A DNA stretch of 64,000 nucleotides from a virus, in the IMG/VR virus record IMGVR_UViG_3300027797_000012, positions 66,554 to 130,553 of that record. One strand, written 5' to 3'. Numbering within the stretch: position 1 is the first letter of the stretch; each line of letters starts with the position of its first letter. The translations under genes and the position numbers were made by a program. The notes beneath the pieces were generated by a model. That model searched no databases and had not been told where the DNA came from. It saw only the letters and a program-made list of their open reading frames with translations. Below, piece by piece: positions 50,225 to 60,600 of this stretch.

Positions 50225-52234
50225 TTAGTATTCGACTGTTGCCGCTGTTGCGCCACCAAGTAGGTCGCGTAGAGCAGAGGCTGTACCATTTACGTTGATT
50301 GTTGATGTCACCTTAAGTGATTCAATACCAACCTTGGCAACGTTCTCGAAGGTTTCAACGAACATCTTGTAATCGTTTGTGCCAACAAGTGTTGAGTCAC
50401 GGATAATTCCGAGATCCATTGTACCGCCGTCAAGGAACAAGAATGAACCTTCAGCGAACATGTACCAGATGAATGTATCTGGGAACTCGTTCATTGCGCC
50501 AGTATCTTGAGCAGCAAATGCTGCTGTTCCACCAGCGATGTCGAGTGAGTAGCATACGTTGATACCGCGTGAAGCAATGTATCCTTCGATCTCTGCAGAA
50601 GCGTTCAATGTTGAATCGCCAGGCATTGATAGAGTTAGGTCAGCAACCATAGCGTCCTTGATCCACGCTGGCATGATAACGCGAAGTGGCGCATCTGCTT
50701 CTAGGCGGTGACGTGAACGGTAAGCTGTTGCAGCGCGGCCAAGCTGGACTAGGAAGTCACGAGCAAGACCAACAACAGATGTTGATGTAACAGCTGTTGA
50801 TGCTGCGCCGATCTTTGTTAGAAGGTTGCCTTCAGCTTCGCGTGCGTGCTGGATTAGACCAAGCTCGTTGTGACGAGCGATCAATTCAGGATATGCACGA
50901 GTTAGAAGGTTACCAAACTGTAGCTGTAGTGTTACAGCGTCAGTTGAGACTGTTGTCTCAGATGCTGCTGCTACAGTTAAGCTTAGCTTAGCTGCTGGTG
51001 ATGGTGTTTCTGCTGAATCGTTTGCAGCAGTCCAGATGCCCACAGCGCCGCTGTAGTCTGCTAGAACTGGTGGAACGATGTAGCGGATACCGCCACGGTC
51101 TGCTTGGAAGCGAGGTAGGCAATCGCGGACTGGGCGTACTGCTGTGCCAAGACCGAAGATATCGTACTTAACTTCGAATGGAGCCTGGTGGCCACCAGAT
51201 GCAACAAGTGCTTCTGGGCCGGTTACTGCTTGGATCTTGTTCCAGTTTGATTCTGCATCTGTTGTAAGAGTGCGAGCCTCTGGGAAATTAGTGGTGACAG
51301 AAGCAACGATGTGTTGTTCTCCATCTCCACCATTTACACGACGAAGTGTATGAATGCGCTTTGCCATTGCTTCTGCAACGCCATTCATGTCGTCGATTGC
51401 GCTTCCGGCTGTGTAACCAGGGATGTCAGCGCCAGCAGTGATTGCCACTGTAGCAGCTGCAGCCTGAGTTACTGGGCGACGGTCAGCTGGAGCTTCGAAA
51501 GCTCCGTCTTGAGTTGCGGCGGCGGTCACTGGTGCCTCCTGATCTTCCTGCGCTTCTTGCGCATCTGTTGGGGTTGGTTCTGTTGTAATTTCTTCTTCTG
51601 CAGCTTCAGCAGATGCGACGACTGTCTCAACTGCTTCTGTTGCAGGTACTTCTTCAACAGAAAGTTCAGCTGCAGGTTCTGCAACTACCTCTGTTGTTAC
51701 TTCTGTTACTGCTTCTGCAGTATCGTTTGAAAGCTCAGATGCTTCTTCAACTGTGTTTGACGCTTCTGTCATAGGGTTTGCCTTTTCCTTTTTCTTGTCC
51801 TCGTCGTCTTCAGCAGGCATTTCTTTAGCTTCTTCTTCAGGAGCTTCTTCTGCTGGAGGCATTGGCTCTTCGTCAGCTGGTGCCATATCGGCAGCAGCTT
51901 CTTTCTTAGGATCAGCTTCTTCAGCAATAATTTCTACTACTTCTTCAGCTGGGGCTTCACCGTCTTCAGGCATTGCAACATCCTCGCCTTTAACGCGCAT
52001 AGTGGCTTCTGCAGCACGAGCGGTAAGCTCCTGTGCGTTTGCCTCGCGTTGTTTGATCTCACCGCGAACGGTGTCAAGCATATCGGCTAGGGCTGTCATG
52101 GCGTCTACTGTTTGTGGAGTAGGATCTTCCTTTTCAACCGTCTCGAACTCGCTTACGATGACACTTTGCAGCTCGACGACTTGTTCGTCGCTAAGCTCGC
52201 TAAGCGTATCTAGCATTCCTTTAATACGGTCCAC
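50225..52234 (-). CDS. Major capsid (hexamer-like) protein with acidic N-terminal scaffold region
   Basis: About 240 aa Glu/Ala-rich N-terminus, then ALVASGG..AP....YD...LP.....RGGIRY...GN...R.YPE...LDLG-like MDLGIIRDSTL..TNDY..F.E.FE. Confidence 0.8.
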   Translation of the reverse strand: MDRIKGMLDTLSELSDEQVVELQSVIVSEFETVEKEDPTPQTVDAMTALADMLDTVRGEIKQREANAQELTARAAEATMRVKGEDVAMPEDGEAPAEEVVEIIAEEADPKKEAAADMAPADEEPMPPAEEAPEEEAKEMPAEDDEDKKKEKANPMTEASNTVEEASELSNDTAEAVTEVTTEVVAEPAAELSVEEVPATEAVETVVASAEAAEEEITTEPTPTDAQEAQEDQEAPVTAAATQDGAFEAPADRRPVTQAAAATVAITAGADIPGYTAGSAIDDMNGVAEAMAKRIHTLRRVNGGDGEQHIVASVTTNFPEARTLTTDAESNWNKIQAVTGPEALVASGGHQAPFEVKYDIFGLGTAVRPVRDCLPRFQADRGGIRYIVPPVLADYSGAVGIWTAANDSAETPSPAAKLSLTVAAASETTVSTDAVTLQLQFGNLLTRAYPELIARHNELGLIQHAREAEGNLLTKIGAASTAVTSTSVVGLARDFLVQLGRAATAYRSRHRLEADAPLRVIMPAWIKDAMVADLTLSMPGDSTLNASAEIEGYIASRGINVCYSLDIAGGTAAFAAQDTGAMNEFPDTFIWYMFAEGSFLFLDGGTMDLGIIRDSTLVGTNDYKMFVETFENVAKVGIESLKVTSTINVNGTASALRDLLGGATAATVEY

Positions 52235-52378
52235 TCTGTCCCTCCTTCGGGCCAGTCATGATGAACAAGATTAGTTAGTTCATCTCGCTTATCAGTCCAA
52301 GGCCGAGGGACTCTTTGACGCTATTTGCGTAGAGGCACTCCACCTGAATTGAATAATACATTATTTTTACTATTATTA

Positions 52379-55300
52379 TTAAGTTAATAGTCGAAGAAGT
52401 TTACTTAACTCAGAAGAAATCTCTTGTTGAGTATAGTAGTCTCCCCCGGACATAAACGACCTTAAACCGCTGGTCGCTTCTTGAGCGTCCTTCTTGCCTA
52501 TCTTATCTTCCACTCTAGAAAGCATGTTATCTAGAAGGGACTTTAAAGCTGGAGGTAGATCACTATAGCGTACCTTCTCCGTATCGCTCCCGAAATCAAA
52601 AGGCAGGTTGGCAATTACCTTGCCAAGCTCTCTTGATGAAGAGCGAATATTCTCTAGCGCGTCTTTGTTGAGCGATCCCGCATCAAGTCGATCAATAATC
52701 GAAATAAGTTCCGTTCCTGCCTTAGCAGCTTCCACATAATTTCCAGCGTTGTCAAGACTCTCTGCTTCCTCTAATTTATCCATTACTCCTTGAGAGCCAG
52801 ACGTGCCTAGATTACTCTTAATGCGCGCTAAAACATCGCGGAATTTGCCTTTTTCATCGCGCGGTTGATTCCCAGGGGTATAAATACCCTTGTTTTCTGA
52901 ATCAACCGCTAATGCTTTTCCCAAGTCACCATCAACTTTGGTTGAAAATTCGGTAACTCTTATACGAAGATCGTTTAAGTCTTCCTCTGCAATAGCGCTA
53001 GATAAACTCTTCCACTCTTCTGGAATTAAATCTGAGCTGTCAAGTTTGCGTGCCATTTTCATAATGTGGCGACGAACAGCTGCTCGCTTGCCAGGCTTAG
53101 AGCGGCCGTACGCTTGGATTGAATCCTTTAGAGAATCAATGTTAGTAATAGGGAATGAACCGTCTGGAAGAGCCTTACCTTCCTGGGCTAGCTTCTGACG
53201 CTTTTCACGAGAGATGTAACCAAACTGGTCATCGTAGCGAGGCTCGCCGTGGATTCGGAAATACAGGTCGTCAGCCTGCGCTGAAAGCTGGGCAGCCTGT
53301 TCCTCGCGTACTTCTTCAAAGCGAGACTTTGCTGCGTTTACTTTTACTGAAAGTTGCGCGTTTTCTAACTGCTCCAACTTTTCAATTCTAGAGCTTAATT
53401 CTGCGACAGGATCTGACTTCATGCGTGCAAGTACCTGGGCACCTGCTGCAACCAGCGCCATAACCGCGCCTGAAGCTACACGAGCCCGTGCGATAGGGAA
53501 CCCTGGGACATTTACCTGGCATACAGCTACTAGCTCAAGATTTCCCTTGATTGGACGCCAGTCGCCAGATGGCGCAGAAGCGCGAAGGGCACGAACTTGC
53601 TCTGGAGTTGCACCTGGGCGTAGCGCTCCAGATACCCAGATACCAAATGCATCTTCTCCTGCGTGTACGTCTGCGATAGCTGACGCTGTATCGTCGTAGT
53701 GACGAGCTGCTGCAAAGGCGTCTGCGTCTAGCGATGCGTGACCTCCAGCTAATGTTAACTGACCGACAGGAATGTCTGTTCCATCGTCAGAACGAACAAC
53801 ACCCGTGTGGAAATACGCGTACTTGCTCTTAGAGCGAGGTGGGCGTGTTCCAAAGGACATTCCGATATGATCTACATGCCATGCTGCGATATGACCAAAC
53901 ACTCGACCGTCGTCATCCACAGTTAAAGGCGTTGCCTTTCGTAACTCTGGATTACTGAACCATTCGCGAGGAGGCGTGACTGGTACAGAACCAGCGACAA
54001 GTCCGCACGCAACTAGCGCAGAAGCTTCTACGGGATCCATATCGTCCGCGTACACTCCGTCTTCAACCACTACATCCTCCTTATTGTTACTCTCGTCTGT
54101 GACGAGGTAGATCTGGCACTCTTGGAACGCTGGTTTAGGAACAAGCGTGACTGCCATCACTCGCGCATGAGTAATCATGAGCTTTTCTTTTCCTATTTTA
54201 CCAGCATCTTCTTCTGGGTCATTATCAGATAATTCAGGTTCTACCTGGTTTGCTTCAAACTGATCTAGGTCCGCAGAAATTCCACGGATAAAACCTTCAC
54301 GTACTAGGCGCTCAGCTTCTCTGCCATACGCGCCTGAATCAAATACTCCGCGGGCATTTCCAATTCCGCCAGGGATACGCTCCATATGGTCAATACGCCC
54401 TACTACAACTGAACCGTTATGACCTTCGTCAGATTTAATCTGCCACATAAGAGGAAGAGGAAGATCTCTAATTTCTATAGCTTCCTTCTTAAAGCTACGG
54501 CCATCGCCTGATTCTGCAGCCTCTGGCAGAACCAAAGGAATACGGAACCATGCTCCAGAAGGCTCGGTCTCTACCGACGCAGTCAACACGCGATTACGTG
54601 CGTCGTTGGCCTTGGCTGAAAGCACTGAAGCTTCCATTACCTTGTCGTACGAAAGTAGTTCATCCACTGAGAATTCTCCTTTTTTCATTCCTGGATTTCT
54701 TTGATCTCCAGGCCACATTCCAGTCATTTCTTTATGACGTAATGAGCAGTAGCCCTTAGCGCGTGGACCCATGTACTTCTTTAAGTTACGGTAGCAACGC
54801 GTCCAATCGCCAGGAGAGTTCCAGCGAATCTTTAGTCCACCTTTACCGACTGTCCAATAACGACGAAGTCCTTCTGCGTTGCCACGATTGCGGTCTGCAC
54901 CACCGGCCGCGGTCATTACCATAACGTTTCCGCTAGGTCCCCAAAGAATAGTAATAAGCTCTTCATCAAAAGTTAACGATGCCACTACTGGAATTGTTCC
55001 ATCAACTTGTTGAATTACTGACTTTAATGATTCTCCGTCTAAAGGAACTACAGGAGGAGGAGTTGGCGAGTGCAGGTCATTTAAGATCGCCTCGTTACGT
55101 TTCCATGTGCCATCTACACGCGAGTATGTCATCGGTGCATTTGAAGTAGAGCTTGCGGGGACTAACGCGACTAAGTCAAGAACTGCCGCGACATCATCTG
55201 AAGAGACAATAGCAAAGAACAAAGGCTGAACGTCACTTGTACCAGGAGTAACTTCTTTAGACTTTCCAGGCTTAGCGTTAGACTTTGTCTTTTTAATTTC

Positions 55301-57064
55301 CTTAACTTCAGAAGCTAACTCTGCTTCAGCACTTCCACGAATAATTGGTTGGTAGTACCGCTTGTTTGGGTAGTAGTACTTGCCGTCTGAGCCTTTAACC
55401 TTCTTATTTAAGAAGCCTTTAAGGAGAGGATTTTCGTAAGGGTCTACGATAAGTTTAGCGCCTACAATTTTTTCAAGCTCTAGCAGATAATCAGATTTCT
55501 TGTACGCTGGAGTTTGACCAGGACCTGTTACAGGTTTTGGTCCCGCGTAACTTGGCATCTTTCCAACCTCTACAGGCGCAGGAGAATTACCTAAAGGGGT
55601 AAATCCTTTTCGTTGGTCGTCAACGTAACCAGGGAAGTTAAAAAGTATGCCTCCTACATCAGCAGGCGAGAACGCTGGAAGAGTTCCAGGGATCTTTGCT
55701 CCTGCCCTATCACGAGGAACACGAGGCTCACCTAAGATACCAGTAGTGTCTAGCGGAGTGACGTGAATAGTAGACTTAGGAGCTGTGTAGGGGCCTTCTG
55801 GCTCTGTCTGATTGGCAGGCACATCAATTTCATCGCCACTGTCTAGTTTAACACGCACTGAAGAAGTTGCTGGGTTGATAGAAACGATACTGCCCGCGCC
55901 TCTTGCAGAATCTCCGCCAACTACTACGCGTGATCCATTTTTAGTAAATCGTCCAGTCTTATCTCTTACCTGAGATGAAGCGTTTTCAGAACGCTCGTCG
56001 GGAGTGTATACTCCGTCTCCTGGTTTACCAGTGGTAGGAGTTTCACCGGCCGCAGTTAGGGTTCTGTCAATAAGTTCTAGGTCTAGCTCAGAGGCTGCAT
56101 TCAAAAACATGCTTGCTTCTTCTTCGTTAACTGCAAATAATGAAACAGGAGTATTTGGTGATTCTTGGAAGCATGCTGAAAGAAACAGTGCTGACTCTGG
56201 GTCTATCTCAACGTGGTTAACGTCATTAGCAGAGAACACTTCGTCAAGCTCAACGTCGTAGCTTGCAAAATCATTATCAACGCCGGCAAGGCTGTGCCAG
56301 TGCCCAGCATCCCACACGGAAACTGAAAGATCGCTATCTTTCTTGTAGAGTCGATCAATGCCTGAACCGTCCATGCGAATTCTAGCTACAAACTCTGTGT
56401 CTGTTAGACTATTTGAAATTGCCTCTTCAAAAGAAGAAAGATCTGCGCTATATTCTTTACCAGTCGCATAATCAAACTCGTCTTCTTTATACGTAGAGTC
56501 AACGTAGCCGTCAGCTCTTACGGCTTTCTTATTTTCTCTAGTGACGATTGCTTGCGCCCAACGCCATGCGGTGTCGCCGCCCCAGAGAGCCCACGCAATA
56601 CGCCCACGAGAAGGAAAGCCCTTCTCGCCCGGCTGATAGCCCGTCGCCTTCTTATCAATCTCGTGACGAGGAAAATACTTAGCAATATGACGAACTTTTT
56701 CAATTCCAATTTGACCACCTTTAGCAAGTGTACGCGCGGTGTTTACTCCAACAGGCGTTCCACCACGGTCGTGTTCCTTACGCCACTCTAAACCGCGCTT
56801 AGCTTCCTCTTGAGCGCCTTTAGGAATAGTGTACATGCGACCTGCCGCGGCAACTACGCTTACATCTAGTGTCGTCAAAGCTCCATGAGCTAGGTCTGTC
56901 ATCGATTCAGTTATCTCGATGTGTTCGTTATTCCACTCTCGCGCTGAAGCTAAGGAAGACAGCAGCCCAGAAGCTACGATAACATTTCTTCTTGACTCAA
57001 TTACAACAGCGTTAATGCCGTCTGCAAAGAGAACCTTAGTGCCGTTCTTTCCAACAATCTTCAC
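52379..57064 (-). CDS. Capsid maturation protease polyprotein with several accessory head domains
   Basis: E...SGDGR...PLPLMWQ.....GH....VVGRI...G.S.DLD...T.V..PAF; GRVFGH.A.W...HYD...GED..GIW..G...SGDWR...VNVPGFP. Start moved to GTG 57064, which follows the upstream stop and an RBS. Confidence 0.8.
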   Translation of the reverse strand: MKIVGKNGTKVLFADGINAVVIESRRNVIVASGLLSSLASAREWNNEHIEITESMTDLAHGALTTLDVSVVAAAGRMYTIPKGAQEEAKRGLEWRKEHDRGGTPVGVNTARTLAKGGQIGIEKVRHIAKYFPRHEIDKKATGYQPGEKGFPSRGRIAWALWGGDTAWRWAQAIVTRENKKAVRADGYVDSTYKEDEFDYATGKEYSADLSSFEEAISNSLTDTEFVARIRMDGSGIDRLYKKDSDLSVSVWDAGHWHSLAGVDNDFASYDVELDEVFSANDVNHVEIDPESALFLSACFQESPNTPVSLFAVNEEEASMFLNAASELDLELIDRTLTAAGETPTTGKPGDGVYTPDERSENASSQVRDKTGRFTKNGSRVVVGGDSARGAGSIVSINPATSSVRVKLDSGDEIDVPANQTEPEGPYTAPKSTIHVTPLDTTGILGEPRVPRDRAGAKIPGTLPAFSPADVGGILFNFPGYVDDQRKGFTPLGNSPAPVEVGKMPSYAGPKPVTGPGQTPAYKKSDYLLELEKIVGAKLIVDPYENPLLKGFLNKKVKGSDGKYYYPNKRYYQPIIRGSAEAELASEVKEIKKTKSNAKPGKSKEVTPGTSDVQPLFFAIVSSDDVAAVLDLVALVPASSTSNAPMTYSRVDGTWKRNEAILNDLHSPTPPPVVPLDGESLKSVIQQVDGTIPVVASLTFDEELITILWGPSGNVMVMTAAGGADRNRGNAEGLRRYWTVGKGGLKIRWNSPGDWTRCYRNLKKYMGPRAKGYCSLRHKEMTGMWPGDQRNPGMKKGEFSVDELLSYDKVMEASVLSAKANDARNRVLTASVETEPSGAWFRIPLVLPEAAESGDGRSFKKEAIEIRDLPLPLMWQIKSDEGHNGSVVVGRIDHMERIPGGIGNARGVFDSGAYGREAERLVREGFIRGISADLDQFEANQVEPELSDNDPEEDAGKIGKEKLMITHARVMAVTLVPKPAFQECQIYLVTDESNNKEDVVVEDGVYADDMDPVEASALVACGLVAGSVPVTPPREWFSNPELRKATPLTVDDDGRVFGHIAAWHVDHIGMSFGTRPPRSKSKYAYFHTGVVRSDDGTDIPVGQLTLAGGHASLDADAFAAARHYDDTASAIADVHAGEDAFGIWVSGALRPGATPEQVRALRASAPSGDWRPIKGNLELVAVCQVNVPGFPIARARVASGAVMALVAAGAQVLARMKSDPVAELSSRIEKLEQLENAQLSVKVNAAKSRFEEVREEQAAQLSAQADDLYFRIHGEPRYDDQFGYISREKRQKLAQEGKALPDGSFPITNIDSLKDSIQAYGRSKPGKRAAVRRHIMKMARKLDSSDLIPEEWKSLSSAIAEEDLNDLRIRVTEFSTKVDGDLGKALAVDSENKGIYTPGNQPRDEKGKFRDVLARIKSNLGTSGSQGVMDKLEEAESLDNAGNYVEAAKAGTELISIIDRLDAGSLNKDALENIRSSSRELGKVIANLPFDFGSDTEKVRYSDLPPALKSLLDNMLSRVEDKIGKKDAQEATSGLRSFMSGGDYYTQQEISSELSKLLRLLT

Positions 57065-57065
57065 G

Positions 57066-57659
57066 CTATTCTTTTCCTGTCTCTTTGTTGGTAGGTTGCA
57101 GATCAAAAACAAGATCTCCAACGTACCCATCGGCGGTTTGACCGTCCATGTAATCTAAGAGCCAGGCATTAGGGCCATTAGGGTCTACTCCGCCTAGTGC
57201 TGCAAAGACAAGTTCAATCATACCACTAGCTGTGATCTCTTGATCAGGATCCTCGCTAGACAATTGGTCGTGCAGCTCAGGGAAGTCATAAAAGACCTGG
57301 TCAGTGTCATCGGCCGCTACAGCCATGGCAGCGCCTTTAGCCTTACCGTTAGCTGCAATTGCTGCACGAGTCAATGCGATCTTTTCTGTCTTAACTGCGA
57401 TTTTTGCATTAGGCTCATCAAACGCATTAGAAAAGTAGAAGTTTGACAGGCCTAGAGTAGATATCCCTAGGTAGTCATCTACCTTAAGTTTCTTAGGGTC
57501 TGCACCTATTCTTTCCATAATCATTGCTTGACGTTTTTCGGTATTAAACATCGGACGCTTATCATCACTGAAGACGTAGGTATAGCCTTTGTCTGTAGCT
57601 ACTACAGAGAAGGCGTGCCTATTACTATATATGTCGTACGCGCGGATTACTTTTATCAT
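57066..57659 (-). CDS. Hypothetical protein between the polyvalent protein and the protease
   Basis: Clean ORF tightly packed in the operon, RBS aggt. Confidence 0.65.
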   Translation of the reverse strand: MIKVIRAYDIYSNRHAFSVVATDKGYTYVFSDDKRPMFNTEKRQAMIMERIGADPKKLKVDDYLGISTLGLSNFYFSNAFDEPNAKIAVKTEKIALTRAAIAANGKAKGAAMAVAADDTDQVFYDFPELHDQLSSEDPDQEITASGMIELVFAALGGVDPNGPNAWLLDYMDGQTADGYVGDLVFDLQPTNKETGKE

Positions 57660-57669
57660 TGTGTATTAC

Positions 57670-60600
57670 CTATCTCCAGTATCCAGGTGTTAGGACTTCT
57701 TTAAATCCTTCAAAGGCTCTAGTTCCGGGAGTGAGAAGCGCTGCGGTGCGTTTCTCGATAGCATCTCGGTACGCGTTCAAACTACCGTATCTGTCAATAA
57801 TCATTCTAAGCTCATTTCCGCTAGGAGAAAACGTATTGGATCTTAACGCGGCATTTAGCTTGTTTGCTTCATTTCTAAATGCCTGAATAAGAGCATCTTG
57901 TCCCATTCTTTCTAGAAGCACAGGTAAAGTGCTTGTATATACGTTCTCGTCATCAGCAGTCAGAACTCCTTCAAAGTTAAAGTTCGTGAGATTTGATTCC
58001 ATTTGAGCGAGAGAATGATCTACAGGGAGCATACGCAGTCGCGAAGGATCTGTTCCGTCAACCGCAAGAAGAACGTTTCCATTATGGCGATCTTGATTGT
58101 TTATAAGAAGATCGAGAAGCGCGATGCGGATAGCATCTTCAGGAGTTGCAAGAGAATCTAATAAATTATCAGGGGTGACAAAGACTGCACCGTCAGATCC
58201 TTGAATTCCTCCATTCTCAAAAACATCTGATAACATATAAGGTGAGCTAGCGAGCGGAATGGATGAGCCTGCCTGCTGCATCACAAGAACTTCTCCAGAG
58301 GTATCCTTAGTGTTTGCCCGCGTCTCGTACATACCTTGGAAGCCGAGCGCGCGAGTAAGCATTCCTGCTTCAACTTCTGCGCGAACCGGATCAATTCTGT
58401 ACTGCTTTGCAAGTTCATCTTTCTTGACGTAGAATAACTGCCCGGAGTCAATATGCTTTACCAAGTACGTGTCGTTGTATCCAGACTCTTGTGTTCCGAG
58501 TCTGCGAACGTCAAAGCCGGCAAGTCTATTTCTTGAGATGTCCTCAAAATTAGCCGAGGTAAGAAAATCGCCAACACCAAAGTCAGTTATTCCATTTCGA
58601 GGATTGTCTGCCGCAGCCTCTCCGTCTAATGCGGTACGCAACTTAAATGCATCTTCAAGAGGTAGACTTCTGCTATCTCCCGTCATAATCTGTTCTCCTA
58701 CCCAGCGGGAGAGAACTGTCTTAGCTGCAGGAGACAGTGTAGCTAGAGAGCTGTTATTTTGGAACGCAAATCTAATCTCTTCTATATAAGGCGTAAGCAT
58801 TTGGTTTTCTGCTAAGAACTGGTCACTGTTCGCTTTGAGAACAAACTCACGAGATACTCCAGGACGATTAACCTTGTCCTTAATACGTGAACGAGCTCTA
58901 CGAATTTGATCGTAGTTTATCGCTTGAATCTGCTCTTTTGCCACAGGGTCAAGACGCTTAATTCCCGACCAACTATTTTCAGTCATAAACTTCTTACCTA
59001 GCCAATTAGTAGCGCCAGGGTACCAGCCAACTAGTGCCAACTCCATAGGAGTTGGCGCCTTGTCTAGATCTACGCCACCTCCAGTGATCCTTGCCTGATT
59101 TGTCTTTTGCAGCAGTCTATCAATAGTAGCTCGCTCTTTGTCTGTATTTGCACTGCGGCGCATACGCTGAAGTCGCGACATTAGCTCACTTTCTGCATCA
59201 CCTGGCGTTTCCCAGTTGAAGCCGTTTAGAGCCCAAACAAACGCACCTTGGAAAGATCCTCCGCCTGCAGCACGTACGTGAATTTCTTTAACGCCGTTTG
59301 CTATGTACCAGTCTTCCATATAGCGGTTGTACGCTGTCGCAAAACCAGATTTCTTATCTCCGGCATTGTTAATATTCAGGTAGTCATTTTTGACTTTCCA
59401 GTATCCTGGAGTGCCATCACCACGACTTACATATGAAAGTGTTCGGTTAACTGTTCCAAGTACACGACCATCTTTATCTTTAATGCCCATTGCAACTGTA
59501 AAAGCCATAGGGACATGATCTCTAGTTATGCTTTCTTCATCTCTTCCAGTTAAGCTAACGCTTATACCTCTGTTATCAAGAGTGTAACCGTTATTTCCAA
59601 AAGTTACGCCGTCTCTAACTCCAAAGGTGTCAAAAATTGCCTTATCTAAGCGCGCTTTTATCTCATCAGCTTCAGCTCGTTTTGATCTACGTTCGTCGCC
59701 GTCCAGTGTAGTTGCAGCGAGCGTCGCAAGGTTCCACTCTACATTTAGTTTTCTTATGTTATCGAGAGAGACTCTGTTACGGCCAGCAAACGCTATTTCG
59801 TCAGCTCTGTCTCCCCATGCGCCAAAGTCTTTCTGTCTTGCATCTGGATTTCCAAGACCTTCTAGTTCTTGTGGAAGTTCTCCAAGATTAGATACGCCGG
59901 TAATGCTTCCGTCGCCAGCAACTACTCCAGGATTACGTACTGGAGCGTCAAGTCTCTCTCCAATGTCTGTTGGAATTGGCGGAGTAGCTGGTGGTTCGCG
60001 ATCTGGGACAACTTGAACTGCATCTCCAATTGCACGAACCTTAAGCGCAGAGCGAACAGCGACTGTTCCGTCATCAAAACGCACGCGAACATAAGGAATT
60101 CTGTCCCCTGTGCGATTGTCAATGTTCTGCACCGCAATAACTGTTCCAGTGCGCCCATCACGTGACGCACGGATACGTGTGCCCTTACCCATAACTTTTC
60201 CAGCTCTATCGAGAACTGTATTGTCTGGGTGGTATCCACGATTTTCTGGTCCTGGGTAGACTAAGGCTGGAGTTTCAGGAGCTTCTGGCTCAGGCGCATC
60301 GGCGCTAGGGTCTCTAGGAGTATCCGCTGAGTCAGGAACAAGATTGTCGTTGCTAACGAAAGAACGAAGTGTAGCTTGCTGCTCATCAGTAGGAGCGCGC
60401 CAGCCAAGTACTCGTGCGCCTTCACCAGTGAACCAATCTTCAGTATTTTGAGGCGTGAAAGAAAACAGTCCTGCTCGCTCTTGCCATCTAAACAGAATTG
60501 GCTCTGTGCCTTCTCCACGAGAAATAAGCATCATAGATTCATTGCCTGAATTACTCTCCCAGACAGCTACGAGCTTATTGTCGTCAGTAAAACCTCTAGG

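Noticed and set aside
57065-57130. ORF-track start of the protease at 57130
   Set aside because: Overlaps the upstream gene by 65 nt; GTG at 57064 follows the upstream stop and an RBS.
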